From: the human T2T-CHM13v2.0 reference genome, Homo sapiens
DNA: 64,000 nucleotides
Direction: 5' to 3' (one strand)
Assembly (NCBI RefSeq): GCF_009914755.1
Contig: NC_060939.1
Both the position numbers and the translations under genes were made by a program. Shown one piece after another: positions 1 through 15,430 of the stretch. Numbering within the stretch: position 1 is the stretch's first letter; each line of letters starts with the position of its first letter. The notes below the pieces were generated by a model. It was given only the letters and a program-made list of their open reading frames with translations, did not search any database and was not told the DNA's origin.

Positions 1-1587
1 AGGGGTTTTTGTAGAAGAGGCCTTGAGAGAAAGAGTCCGAGGAGAAGAGGAAAACTCCCTGAGACCTGAGGGAAAGAGAAAGAAATGGATGTCGATTTGA
101 CATGCTTTTGTGAGTGTCCCTCTCCCAAGTCAAGGTGGCAGGTGGGGGCATGACAGGGTTGGAGACCTTCACAATCACTTCTCTGCAGTGTGGGCCCGTC
201 TCTAAAAAGAACAGACAGGCAGTCATATGGATCCATGGGCCTTTGTCAGAAGGCACTGGCACCTCTAAACTGGTGATCCCCAGCGCCAATCCATGGGGCC
301 AGTGTACATCCGCGGGAAACTCGCTAAAATTACAGAAAATGAGGTACATTTTTCATAGTGCTAAATTCAGTTTAAAAAGTTGTTCCTTTATGCTGAGATT
401 TATTCTCCTCACTTTTTTTGGTATTAAAATGCTTCATGTTTGCCGAACATTAAACAATGATGGTAGATCAGAGTTTGAGTTTTTTCCCTCAATGTCCTTA
501 CTTAGCAAAATTTAAAAATGGTGTTCTTAGTGGGTCCTTCCTCCTACCACCATTTATTTTTCATATTCCTGTTTGTAAAATAAATTATTGGGGAGCAATT
601 GTTCTAAAACTAATGTTTACAGACCTTTACAGTTTTAAAAAGACAATTTTAAGAAAAATGAAGTATTTTTGAACACCAAAGGGTAGAAGTTTCTGGTTTG
701 CTTTCCCAGATAGGATTTACAACCTCATGCCAGTGTACCAGTTGGATTGCGAACTGTTTTCTGTGAGGCCCTGGTTAAAAATGAGCAGGAGGCCAAGACT
801 TTTTGACTCAACTGTTTCCAAAAGGGCCAAGTGACGACTTTTGTGTCCATCTCTCTCCAGAGACACCAATGAACAGGTTTGAGGTGGGAACAGGTTCGCG
901 CAGCCCTAGGATCCCAGACCTTTAGACCTGGAAGAACTTGAGAATTTATCTTGCCCACATTATTCTGATGGAGCAGATTTACTCAAAGCCATGCAACCAA
1001 CTAGTGGCAGAGCTGAGACAGGCCCAGACTCCAAACAGCCCGGCCAGCCCTCTCCCTCATCTCCACATGCCCCCATGCTTAGGTTTACACCAGCCTCCTC
1101 TTTAACAGATGAGCCTCAAGCCAAACGATAGCTGCTTTTGCCCAGCATGCTAGGTCCACCGGGGGAGACAGAGTCCCATGGAGTAAAGTGCATTTTCTCC
1201 TTTGTCATAATGGCTGTTTGCCTCAAGCGTTCAATGCCTTCCTGATTGTGTGACTCAGAGCTGCTTGCTGCAGCCTCTCATTCCCCTCCAAGAGGGGCTT
1301 CTCTTTCAATGACCCAGGGGTCAGTTCTAAGACCCAGGCTCCCATAAGCTACCTCAGCTTCCATGATTTCAATAAGGCTTTCCTGCAGACACCCCCAGTG
1401 CTCTGCTCTGCTCCCTCCCCTGTCTCCCTCCCTGCTCAATGCCTACTGCAGTAGGGGTATCTTGTTTCTAGTAAACTCTACCTGGTGTGGGTCCCAAATC
1501 TCCTATATTGGCAATAAAATTCTCATTGTAGTCTCCTTGTAGTCAAACCTGTTCATTGGTGTTTCTGGAGAGATTCACTGTAGGCAT

Positions 1588-1588
<1 letters not shown>

Positions 1589-1640
<52 letters not shown>
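1589..1640. repeat. (CA)n microsatellite, ~26 units
   Basis: Perfect AC run seen directly. Confidence 0.98.
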
Positions 1641-1643
<3 letters not shown>

Positions 1644-4600
1644 AGGCCTGATGGGGGCCTAACACAGTAACCTTACAGTGTGACTGTAGGGGTATTATAA
1701 AGAGGGGCATTAGGAGAGGATTTAGGCTACTCTGAGGAATGGGGGAAGATGTAGGAAGGCTTCACAGAGAAGACGTTGGAGCTGGGTGTTGAAGCAGGAG
1801 TTAGATGTGGGGAGAGGACCTTCCAAGTCTGGCTCCCTGCCCCTGGATATTGAATTAACCCCAGAGAGCAAAGCATCAGCTGAAGGGGAGTACTGCATCA
1901 AGAGGCCAGGAAGACTCACCAGCTGGAATGCCGCCACTGTTCAGGTGGCATAAAAACCAAATGGTCCTTCCTTACTGATTTGGATATGCCACCAGCTGAT
2001 ATTTCAGAGTTATCTGTCCACTGACTATAAACTGAGATTTAGCACCCTGATGTCATTTAAGTTACTCTGTGTCTGGTGCTTGTTTAATTAACTTATTTAG
2101 ATTTTGTACAATAATTTAGTTTTATGGAGCCCATGCTAAGAAAAATAAAGTGTGATAATCGAAGCTCATTGAAACAAAGAAATCCAGAAACATTCTACTG
2201 ATCTTTGTGGAAAGAGCATTCACATAGGAATCAGGAAGAGTTGGCTTCCACCTCTAGATCAGCTAAGTGCCTCAGCCCTAAACCATCATCCACTTTACTT
2301 TCTCATCTGTAGAAATTTTCTAGGGAGGGAAAAAGCAGACTAGATGGTTTCTAAGGACTCTTCTAGCTTGGCCATTTTTAGGATTAAATTCAAGGGATTC
2401 CTTTTGTGAACAGCAGTCCAAAACATTCCCTTCCATGCCCATCAATCATGTTTAGCATTTGCTTCTGAGGCTCCGAATTTCCTGGCTTTCTGAGGAACTC
2501 TTAGCATTGGTAGTTTGTTGACTTAAAAATAGCTCAACTGCTGCTGATCATCATCCCACATTAGCTACTGCTGAGGAGAAGCCAGCAGGGCTGAAGGAAG
2601 TTAGAAAAAAGGAGCTGCGTCTGGGGCAAAGAATCACCCCTGGGATAATGGGATCACTGCTTTTCCTTAAATGAGCAAAGCAGGCCTGAGCTCATTGCTA
2701 ATGTGAGCTTGCCCACATGGCTAGTGGGAAGTTGGGAGAGGAGTGGCTGGGACCAGGCACCCCATCTGCCACCCCCATGCTCCATGAAGTTTTGCTGGAA
2801 CCGGCAAGGCCTTTTTCTGCCCCAGAGGGCTTCACAAAGAGGTGAGGGGCCTTCCGCCAAGAGAGAGGACCCTTCCTTCCGAGGTCCTGTGTACTCCTTT
2901 CCATTGTTGATGGGCATCTTCTGTCTGAAGGGCTACTGGGCTTCTTGCCACCACCAGAGCTTCCATCTGATCTCAGGTTTACATGGCTTTCTGTTGAGCA
3001 AATAAATTCACACTCATCCCCGCCTCCAACAAGACAAAGGCGATTCATTCACAGGAGCTGCTGCTCAGCTGACAGATGTTTTGGCCTTCTGGTCCTGAAG
3101 TCAGACATGCTGCTGACCCCAAAGGTGAAAGGCTCTGTCACCCATTCTAATCCCCCTTGGCCAGTTGCTACCCAGGATCATCCAATAATTTTGACATTTG
3201 TCTTTCCTCCTCTACTCCTGCCTCCACAGCTCTTAGTGGCTCTTAGAGCTGTTTCCAGCGTGGCCTTTGGTCAGGACAGCTGGAGAATGGAAAAGATGGG
3301 CCATGTGATCAGGGCTGCTTTGCCACAGCTGCTCAAATTCTGTGTTTGCAGACCTAACTGTGCCTTTGCAAACAAAAGGCCATGAGGAGTGTTTTCATGC
3401 AGTTCCCCACACACAGAATGAGCACCCTCAGTGAGAAGTTCCTTTACAGGAATTTAATGGCAGCTGAAAAAACAAGTGCCACCTTTCTGGCTTATCCTAG
3501 CTTCGATGCTCAGCAACCTTCTACTCACTTGTTCACAGCCCAGCAGGGGAGATAAGACCTTTGCTAAACACCCTCATTTTAGAGTGTAGGGGAGCACCCA
3601 ACCAAATGGTTGTTGAGTCCAGAAGAGGGCACACTGACCTCCCACTGGACACTCATTGAAGGTTCTACAGAGGAGGCGACATTTGAGCTGAGCCAAGAGG
3701 AGAGGTAGGATTTCACTGGGCAGAAATGGGGATGGGAGTGCTTTCATTCATGCAGTTACATTTGTTTGAAAGCAAGAGAATGCACAGCCAATCTGAGCAA
3801 CAGGAAGAGTGAAACGGCAACCGGTAGGCAGGACCAAACCATTGTCAGTGTGCTTCCACAGCGTGTCTATCAGCTCCCCTCAGAGTCCTGAGCCACCAGG
3901 AAGTACTGACCCCAGTTTGAGTAAAACTCTTATTTAGATGATTTTCTTCATAGAAATCCATTAAAAGGGTTTTGAGGAGGAAGTGACTCCTAAGGAGCCT
4001 TTAAAAAGAGAAGGCAGATCCATGATCTCTACTTCTTGTCTAGGCTCTGTGGAGTCTTTCAACATTTTTCTACACAATTTACTGGGTTTTATGCTCATGA
4101 CCTAAGCTACAACTCACGAGAGGGCCGCACGCAGCCTATTAGCTTCTCAGTGAGGAATAAGACTCTCAAGAAATCACTTTGGTGCATTTCAACTGCTTTC
4201 ATAGGAGAGATCATCTCTGGGGCAGATGATTGGGTGTGATAGAGGTTTGAGTCACCTATAGGAGAATTGAGTGAAACTGACTCCTTGTTCCCCAATCAGT
4301 TGTCAAGGCAGAGAGTTTCAAAAAGAAGACCACAAAGGTGCTGCTCCTCCCACCACGCCTGCCAGGCCTGGAGCTCCAGAACCCCCTGTGCCAGCAGCCT
4401 GAATGCAGCATGTGAGCAGTACCAGCAGCAGCTCCTCCTCCAACCCTATACTGGGAACCAGCCTCTCCGCTGCCTTTCCCTCCTACAGCAAACACGCTTG
4501 CCCCCAAATTACACCGCCATTCTATGCCTTTCTTATTGTATCAAATGCTTGAGGATCCCTGTTCATGCAAACTATTTAGTTTAAAAATATATGGTAATGA

Positions 4601-7600
4601 GGACATTCCTCAAAGAAAATTGTAACCCACAGAGACATAAAACGGTGGTAGGCCCCAAACTGAATTTGGACACCAATATTATTGAAGGCCAGCAAAATGT
4701 TTTAGGAGAAACAGCAGGAAGGAAAAAGAGGCCAACAGAAGTGAATAGGAGGCTAAGAAAGGGAACTACCTTTCCAGGGAAGACAATGGAACCAGTTCAC
4801 AGGGTGGTGAACTGTCAGAAGGGAAGTCAGATCCAAAGGTGACTGCCACATTAAGCATTAAAGAGGTATTTCGCTGGGGCTTGGAATGATCAAAGGAAAA
4901 CTGGGCTTTTGAGGCAACCTACTGGGGGCAGACAGAAGCTGGAAAGACCAGCTGAAAGAACAGCTATATGAAGAAATCCCCAGAAGGCAGGTTTCTCATA
5001 CTGGACTTGGCTATGTTGCCTCCTCTCTCTGATACCCTGAGATTCTTTGTTCTCCTGTATGGCTGTTCTTGCCCCTCAAAGGCAGACATTGAGCATAAAA
5101 CTGAGATAGCACAAAGCTTCCTTTCCAAGTTAGATCAATTTAGCCTTTCTGGTCCTAACTTGACCAGAGGCAGGCTTCATCTCATTTGGGATGCCGGGGC
5201 TACACCTCCAAGACCAAGGCTCCTTCTGCCAAGGCAAGTACATAAAAAGTGAAGTAGAAAATGAATGCTTTTCCCCTCCCAAGGGGTCTTAGGATTGGAG
5301 GCCAGAGCCCTGCATACTGACCCCTATTTGGGCTGACCCCCCGCGTGCCTTCCTTCCCTACTTTTTCTGGCCATCCAAGACGTGCTAGTGCTCTCTCTGG
5401 CCTGGGTCTTCTGCTCGTCATCCTTTGATTGACTAGACCTGATTTGTCTGTCAGCTTCTATTTTATCAAATATCACTGGTTGCTTTGTCTTTGCAAGGCT
5501 AGGGTTACTGCTGGCTAAATTCAGCCCACTGGGAATGATTAGAATCCTCGGAAAATACTGGTTATGCTGGGATTTAAAAACAAAAGTCCAAAGCATGTGG
5601 TGCCACCAAAGATAAAACAAAACTTATTCTTGAAATTTGCACAAATATTATAAAAGTTAAGATTTTCATAATTATTTCCCTGTCAGAGAAAAAATATTCA
5701 CAAGATTCCTTCTGTAACCTCCACAAAATGTAGAGCTGCAATTCTAAAATAGCAACAGTGGGGAAAAAAAGAACTGGGTATAATAAAGTGTAGGCTTCTT
5801 AATCTCCCCCTTTATCACCCAGTTACCCCTTCTTGATCATTTTTGGGGGGTTCTCATCAAGTACCTCACTGTCATGTTCTTGCCATCTAAAGTCACATTC
5901 AGTCTTTTTTTTCACCTCTACCTGCCATCATACTCTTCAAAGTATGTGTCCATTCTGGCTCTGCTGACAGGCATGAGCTAGTCAATAATCTGGAACTATT
6001 GTAAATTCAATTGAGCAGTCCTGGGCATATTCACTTTTTGGGGTTTTTCCATCTGCCATTCTCCTGTGAAGGAGCATTATTCCCCTGAGGGAATTCGCTG
6101 ACCAAGAGGCCTTGCCTAGTCCCAAAGGTGTGTCATTGGCTCCACCTGCGAATCACAGACTCATAGAATCATGGGGCTGAGAGTTGGTTTAACTGCCCTC
6201 AGAGGGCCCTTGTCAAATCCAAGTCTGAGTTCTCAACTTTTAGCTAATTCAAAACAGTGGCCTATTTTCATCAGGGCAATGGTAGGCAAGATGTTAAAGC
6301 AGGCAAAGCGTGATCCTTGGTGTCCTCTTACTAGAGAAGGTGGCCAGGGTTTCCTCAGCCTTTTACCCTTCTCTGGCTTTCCCCTCTCCCCACTGTCCTC
6401 ACAGATCACAGCCTCAAACTGAAGGTGTCTGGCTTCATAACTAGCACCACCTCCAATCTCTGCCTGTGGAAAGTCCCCTGCCATCTTTCGAGGTCCAGCT
6501 CAAACGCGACCTCCTCTGGCAGGCCTTCTTTGATGTCCAGCCCACGTCTTTCTCTCTTCTGAAGTCCCACAACCCTTGAAATTGCCCTGGGTTGAAACTG
6601 TACTCGGCACTTTTTGCCAGTAGACAGTAAGCTCCTCAAAGGCAGGATCCATGTCTGATTCATCTCTGGGTCCCTTGTAGGGCTATGCCCCATAAACCCT
6701 CAAGGAGGCTTGCAGGCATGGCTTGGGGAGGAGTAGGCTGTGAGGAGCTCAGGCTGGGAGTCTGCTTCTTCCTGAGGCTAGTAATTTCCCTTCCCTCTTG
6801 GTCTCCCAACCCTGAAGGACCGCTCTTTCTCTTTCACAGTCTTCAGCCAACTGTCACTGGGGGACAGAATCCTTTGGAAGGCTTCAGCTGTTAACAGTTT
6901 AGAATGTCGCTGTTCCCAGGAGCCTTTGCACTAAATAGTGGAGATGGGGTGGGCAGATGTGGAGGGGTGAAAGAGGTGAGTGAGGTTGAGAATCTTCACT
7001 CCCCAGTGACCTGCACTCTGATTAGAGAATTTAGGCAGGACAGGCTGGGCCAGGGAGGCCTTTTGAGGGTGAGAGAGCTAGTTCTTGACACCCTTCCAAT
7101 CATAGCCCCTTAGTACTCTGAACTGCTTTTCCTCTCCTTCTGCCTATGCCCTTTAAAAAAAAAAAGATACATGTCCTGGAACATGCTAGTCCTTAAATAA
7201 GTAGTAATTAGTATTGTCATCACTATAAAGTCAAGAATGAAAACAACATAAACATGTGAAAATACACACAGCCCAGGCTAAACACACAAGTGCTTAGAGA
7301 TGCCAAGTAGGAGATGTAGGTGGGTTTTTTTTTTTTAGGCAGAGCTTCTGAAAGTCAGTGTCCATCTGGGTTTTGAGGCATCTGCCTTCTTAGTGGAAAA
7401 AACTGTCTGAGCAAATACAAGGAAGTGAAAACCAGCAGGTTGTGTGTACACAAGAATGGCTAATAACTGAAGAGATGGTCCCTCTAAGGGGCAGATAAGT
7501 AGAGCTGATTAGATGGCAGGAGGCAGTGAGAGGGCAGAGAGGAGCCAAGTTGAAGGAACACCTGACAACCAATTCACCTTTGGCTGCAATTGCACGTGTC

Positions 7601-8565
7601 CATGCCTCAGTAAGAGGAAATGTCTTCTAGGAGCCTGAAAATCCCGGGCTGAGGATGATACATGGGACCTCATCCAAAGCAGCAAGTATAAAGGAAGAGG
7701 CAAGATGCAGGATGCAGCAGGGTGTTCAAATGCAGAGAGGAGGGCAGTAATAGTGGTGATAATAGTGGTTTCAGCCTTTGACGCTCAACAATTGCAGCAA
7801 AAAAGTTCAGAAAGATAAGACCAGGGAGAAAAATAGACGATCAGGGAGGAGGAAGTCATTAGAAACAACGGTGCTCTCAGGGCACTTTGGTTTAAAATAT
7901 TGACCTTGTATTTAGTATTTTGCTAGTGATTTCAAAAATTAACATTTTTATTGTTTTTCTGGGTTGGAAGGTATACTGAGGGCTTGACAAATGTTGAGTT
8001 GAAGTTCTGGGCTGGCCCCACTCCCTGGTGCTAAATTTGCACAAGTGATACCCCTTATCTTGGGGGTGTTGTGGAAACCATTGCTTCCACCCCACTCATC
8101 TCTTTTTAGCCCTTAGCTAGTCAGTAAATCTTGACAAATTAAGTCCTCTTTACATGGCTTGTGCTTCTCCCTACAGTGTCACTAAGCTAATACATGCTGT
8201 AAAGTGTGGAAGGGAGCCAGCAATGCTTTCCAGAGATAAAACTCTCTCCCTATTTTTTTCCAACCCAAGCCCACTCCCATGTCAAGTTAACCATGGTTTT
8301 CAGTGGATGGTAAGATTATGGGAAATGTTTATTTCCTTTAAGCTTTCTTCATTTTCCAAATATTAATTCCATAGCTAACTTTGTTTGTTTCAATGAAAGA
8401 AAAGTAGGTTGCAGATTATTGGAGATTATTGAAGTTATTCTTAGAAAGTCTTCTGAGAGAATCCTCCTAAGTCATGAAATTCCCAGTGACTTGACCATGT
8501 CTCTTTGTCTCTTTCAAGAGAAAATCCTCAGCCTAATATTCAAGGTTTTTAATTTATTTTTTTAA

Positions 8566-8989
<424 letters not shown>

Positions 8990-9099
8990 TAGGATGTCAC
9001 TCATGAGCATCAATTCTTCACTGCATTAAGGAATGTGTGATTTTAGAAAGTGCCTGAGTATAGAATTGTGAGGGTGTGGCCTATGTCTTAGGCCTTGGA

Positions 9100-9689
<590 letters not shown>

Positions 9690-12600
9690 GTGAGTAAAGA
9701 GGGAAGTAAATGTTGAGGACCGAAAGGATGCTACATCTGGGGCGCTATGAGAAGCTGGGAAGCAAAAAAGCACCCTGGCTGGCTGGAGTCATTCTGTCAG
9801 AGGTGTTGAAATATAGTCAAGCAAAGAAAACCTGCTCTCCTCCTTAGGAGAGCAGCACTTGAATCCCCCTGGCAGGGATTAAACCCAAAGTCTCCTTTAT
9901 GAGAGGAGTGCTCAGGTGACTGGTGCTGGATATGGCTCCATGACTTCTACCCAAGAAAAGCTTGGTAGGGAGAGTGGACTCAAGACAGAGGTGAGGTGTA
10001 CACACTCGGGTACACACAAGCACTGCCATTTTGTGGTGCATTCCCAGTTCTTTCAGAATATTGGAGAAATAAAAGCACAGCCAGTTTATTTTTCCTCCAA
10101 AAGAGCCAATATTTGGGTTTTCTTTCTTCTTTTTTACATTTTTGGAAGGGTGACAGCAGTTTTTGTTTTTTTGTTTTTTGTTTTTTTTCTAAAAACTAGT
10201 GAATCATTTTAATGTTTAAATCATAAAGGATTCAGAGGGACTATTTCTTTAACGTTGGAAATAATTGGAAGTTATGTAATTTGCACAGAAAGAACAAATA
10301 GCTTAAAAAAAACCCTTTATCTCCTTTTCTTGCACCATCTCAAGGGCCCTAAATCCCCACTGGAAACATTTTTAATGACAAAGTTATCTTTATGAAATTG
10401 CAAAGTTCTAGTAAATTAAATAATAGAATATTAAGTACCTATTCTGTGAAAAAGCACGGCACTGTGCCATGATGATGTCTATAACACAGAAGCAAGTTAC
10501 AGACATAGAAAGACAATTAACAATACAGGATAATTGTACATGGCACAAGGAGTCCAGACAATCAAAGGTGGAATTGCTAAGGAGGAGGGAAATTATCTAG
10601 AGTCCAGGCAACCAGACTTAAGCCCTTCTTGGAAGGAAGGATGACTGTCCATCAGTGGTGAGGAATGAGAAGAAGAGAACTGAAAAGGCACGGGTAAAGT
10701 TGGGAAGATCAGAAGGGTCTAGACATATTGATGATAATAAGTAAACCAGATAATGGCAAGCCAGAGATAATAAGTAAACCAGGTGGTATTCACAACAGGA
10801 AGTAGGGGAGATGTTTGGAAAAGCAATCAGTGGTGGAAGTTTTGATCGCTGAGTCTAGACCTTTCCAATCTGCAATGGAAAGCCACTGGAGGCTTTTGGA
10901 GCCAACGAAAGCAAACGTGCCATGAAGATCCATGATTAGTAGTGTTTGGTTTTGTTTGGATTGGTGGCAGGGAGCCTGGTGAGAGTTGATGGCACTGATG
11001 AGGACCTAGCCAGGGCAGTGGCAATGGAAAGGAGAGGAGAAGGTGGCATTTGAACTACTATATACAGAAAAATCAAAAGGACATGATGCCACCCTAGAAA
11101 ATCTATTGATGTCACAAGGCTTCAAAGATTTTGGCTGAGACCTTGCTTCTTTGAGGGGGGACAAGTGGTCTCAGGTAATCTTCTTTCTCTTTGCAGAAGA
11201 ATATAATTTTAGTGTGCTTACTCTAACATTCTTACAGAATTAGCTCATGACTAATTAAGAGTGTCAGAGATTTAAAAAATTAGTCATGTCTGGCACAGAG
11301 CATGGTAGTGGTGTGAAAGAGCTGCCCGGAGCAAGTATGTGACAACTTTTAAAGATGCTCTTTGGGTGCAGGTTGGTGCCAAAAGTGCTGCTCGAGCTAT
11401 GAGATTCCATGGGCTCCCGTATATCATCATCTTTGGTTCCCAGCTAAGCTGTCAACTTCTGGGTTTGCCTCAATTTCCTTCTCATGGAAATAGGGCCTCA
11501 AAAGAGGAGCACCCTGAGAAATGTATGTGATTAGCCCTAATGCCAGTTTCATTTTCCCCCACCCAACCACTTGACATTGTTCTTTCATCCTCTCTGCAGC
11601 AGTTGTGAAACTGAGCCATCAACTGTGCCTAGAGATCACTGAAGTGAAGGACCGGAGACACTAAAGCTAAGAGTTAACGTTTATTGAGCATCTACAGTAT
11701 ACCAAGCCCTCTTCTAGAAACAAATGAACACAAAGTTCTTGGCACAGTGCCTGGCACAGTCAGGCTCCATCAAGTTTCATTTCCTTTCTCCCTGCTATTA
11801 AATGAGAAAGAGGGCATGAGGAGGTGGGAGTAAAGGAGCCAGAAAGGGAAGGTAGGAGACTGGCAAGAAGAAGCTCTGGCTGCTCTGGGATGCAACATGC
11901 AGGTTCCCGCAACCCTCCTGGAGTAGGAGGAGAAGCTGCCCCTCACTGACCACTCAGGAAGGAGAGAAGCTTCCCATGTCAACGCCCCCAGCTCTCATCT
12001 GGGTCAGAGCCAGCAATGAGGACAGGTGGGAGAGTAGAAGGAATGACTCTTCTCCCTTGGGCTGCCTCTGATCCCCACCAAGTCGGTCCTCTGTCCCCAA
12101 CTTACCCTCCTGGTCAGAGGAAAATGTCCTGGGAAATAATCCCTGCCTTCTCTTGTTTTTTCTTCCTTTGTTTCATAGTTAGTTTCTGCATCATTTTAGT
12201 TTTTTTTAAAGAGGGGAATAAGCACTTGATTGAATTATATCCCAGGGAGGTATAGGTCTGAAGAACCTGAGATCTGGCTTCCCAGTGGGCATCTTCCTCT
12301 CTTGTGAGCCCCCAGACTCTGCTGTCAGTGGTAAGGTCTCCTTTCCCCAAACTCCTCCCCAGTATGGCTCACATGTCACTTAGAAGACTGCTGGGGCTCT
12401 AGTGGTATGAAGAGGTACATATTCAGACCCCAAAGTCTTAGAGGCCGGCGCAGTAGGTAAACTAGATAAACAGAACCCACACTCAGGAGACCTGGATTCT
12501 AGTCTACAATTTGCCAGCTAATACCTTGAGAAAAATCACGTCACTTCTGAGTCTCGGTCTCCTCGTCTACCACACAGGAAACACAACACTTATCACACAG

Positions 12601-12817
12601 GCCTGCTGGATTGCTGTAAGGGTGGTAAAATAACTCATGCACAGGGTACCCTTGCTGACACACGGCACCTACTTGTGCTCGCTAAATGGCTGAACCCTGA
12701 TTCTTCCCTCCCACATTTACTTCCTTTCCCAGATCCAATCCTCTGGCATTACATCAATGCAGAAAGAGAAGGTAAGTGCTTTCAAAGAGAAAAGGCAGCA
12801 GAGGTGGGCTGGGGGAG

Positions 12818-13160
12818 TGTTATGGACTGAGTGTTTGTGTTCCCCCAAAATTCACATGTTGAAATTGAATCCCCAGTGTGATGGTATTATGTGGTGGGAC
12901 CTTTTGAGGTGATTAGGTCATGAGGGTGGAGCCCACATGAATTGGATTGGTGCCTCTGTAAGAAGAGGTACCAGACGGCTTTTTAGCTCTCTTTCTGCTA
13001 TGTGAGAATACAGCAAAAGTTGGCAAAGACCCTTGCCAGAACCTGTCTCTGCTAGCACCCTGATCTCAGATTTCTAGCCTCCAGAACAATGAGAAATAAA
13101 TGTTTGTTGGTTAAGCTACCCGGTCTATGGTAATTTGTTATAGTGATTTGAACTAAGACA
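12818..13160 (+). mobile_element. MLT1A-type MaLR solo LTR
   Basis: Starts TGTTATGGACTGAGTGTTTGTGTTCCCCCAAAATTCACATGTTGAAA, has AATAAA, ends CTAAGACA. Confidence 0.85.
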
Positions 13161-13879
13161 AAGATATGGTTAATCTGCTTTATGAAGGATTATCTCCTTG
13201 GCAGATGGCCCCCAACTCCCCCACTCTTTATTTTTAAATATCAGATTCTATCTACTAAAAGTGCTATCTGAACACTCTCCATTGTCTTCACTTCCCTTTT
13301 GAGTTCTGGAGCCCCAAAACAGACTGTGTTCTCTAAGTCTATGTTTAGTAGGCAAGAAGACTGTTAAAAACAGGTAATCTAGGCATTTGTAGAGTTCACA
13401 AAACAAAAGGAGAATTTTATATACTGTTTTTTAATATATAGTGCTTTACTGTTGGTTCCGCTCAGAGGAGAGAAACAATGATAGAAGTTTCTAGAAGGGC
13501 AAAGCTCCAGAATCAGGCTAGAAATTGCTCTCTGACAAGGTGTTGTGGTTCTCAGATCCACAAGATGTCTTGGGAAAGAAGCTTTCAAGCTTGGATCTTA
13601 AATTTTTACTGAAAATCCCTTTATTCCACTCGCCCATGAGCTACTTGAGGGTGGGCACTATGTCTTAGTCATTTTTGTGTCTCCAGGATATAGCATATGG
13701 TGGGCACCCACTACGTCTTTGTTGAATGAGCATTGTTTTAAGTGTCTACCCAAATAAGGTAGAAAACTTGGAGCCATAGACTCCTGGGACCTGCCACCAC
13801 CAGGCCAGGGAATATAGGATTCCCAAATACAGGTTCTATTTTGGGATTCTGTCCGTGAAAGTCCTGGGGAAGCACTAAC

Positions 13880-15430
13880 CAAAAAAGATGAATTCCAACT
13901 GTGTTGCTCAACTTCTAGTTCCAACCAAATGGAAGGCATGCATTGCACACTATCTCCCTCACTGATTACAACCAAACACTCTTAACAAAATACAAAAAAA
14001 ACAATTAACTGAGGTCTCTGAAAAGTCCTCTAAAAGCAGCTAGATTGCGAAAAGAAGTCAAAATTTGCTGAATGACCAATATGGTGATGGTGAATTTCCT
14101 GGAATTTGTTTTCTCCTGGCTTTGGCCCAAGGGTGAGCTGAATCATGAGACCTCCCAGCAGTCATAGACAGCAACAACCCCAAGAAATGGCCCATCTTTC
14201 TGGATAGATAATCTGGAAAAGGGGCCTCTGCAAGACAAAAAGTGTGGGGAAAATCTTTGTCTTTTTTTCTCTCTCAGCTTGGACACACAGTCAGATGCAG
14301 CCCCCAAACTGTATCGCCATCACCTTGGCAGCAGCTTGAGCACTAAAATCTCAAGAGAAAACCTGTCCCTTTGGGTACAGAAATTCAGAAAAGGGGTCCC
14401 TGTTATGTCAAAAGTATCAGGGGAGTCCTCACTTTTTTCCCCTTGCACTTTGCTCTAAGGTCTGGCCAAGTGGCATGAAACTTTGTGACATCATCAGCGG
14501 CTCCAGCTCTGAGAGAAATCCATCCTTCTAGCCAGAGGACCAGGAAAAGGAGCTGGTCCTTTTCCGGCAAGACGGAACTCTTGCAGAGGAAAGAGGGGGA
14601 GAAAGGGATTCCATGTAGGAGCCAGCACAAGTCCTGACCTCACCTCCAAGATGTGCATGTGTGGAACACAAACAGCATTAACAAAGGCTTTGAAAACTGA
14701 GCTGACGTTGAGACCACTGCCTACACAAGATGAGACAGAGCTTGCTGTTGAACTTAACGGGGTTGATTACCTGCTAAAACAAAACAAAACTCAACATGCT
14801 TTATGATTTTAACAGGACCCAGAGTCTCATAGTATACTATATGAAATGTCCAGGAAACAATTTAAAACTACCCAAAGTGATAAGGACCAGGAAAACATGA
14901 CCAGTTCTCAAGGGAAAAGATAAGACAATGTTGGAACTGGAAAAAAAAAACTCCGAAGCATCTATTATAATCATCCTGCGTGACATAAAGGTGAATGCTC
15001 TTACAATGAATGGAAAAATAGAAATTCTCAGTCAAGCAATAGAAATTATATAAAAGAAGAACCAAATGGCAATATATTAGAACTGAGAAACACAATATCT
15101 GAAATAAATTCACTGGATGGGCCCAATAGCAGAATGCAAATGACAGAGGTAATGTCAGTAGACTAGAAGGTAGATCATCAGAAATTATCCAATGTGAAAG
15201 ATAGAAAAGTGTTTGAAAAATAATGAATAAAGCCTCGAGGATCTGTGGGACAATACCAAATGGTCTAATGTTCATGTCATTGGAATCCTTAAAGGCAAGG
15301 AGAAAGAGATTGTTATAGAACAAAATATTTGAAAAAACAATGGCTGAAAACTTCCCAGATTTGATGACTGACATAAATTTAAGATTCAAGTAGCTCGTTA
15401 AACCTCTAACAGGATAAATGTAAACAAAAC
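13880..15430 (+). mobile_element. Old L1 (L1M-type) 5'UTR/ORF1 remnant
   Basis: A-rich ORF1-like stretches (e.g. GATCTGTGGGACAATACCAAATGGTCTAATGTTCATGTCATTGGAATCC; ATATTTGAAAAAACAATGGCTGAAAACTTCCCAGATTTG). No intact ORF. Confidence 0.8.

Noticed and set aside
114-7700. Many 60-146 aa ORFs in the left part of the window
   Set aside because: No recognisable protein similarity or consistent exon structure; many use non-ATG starts and overlap MIR/L2 fragments.
10733-10782. 17-bp direct repeat GATAATAAGTAAACCAG with a 16-bp spacer
   Set aside because: Only two copies within L2-like DNA; simple slippage, not an array. CRISPR is not applicable to human DNA.
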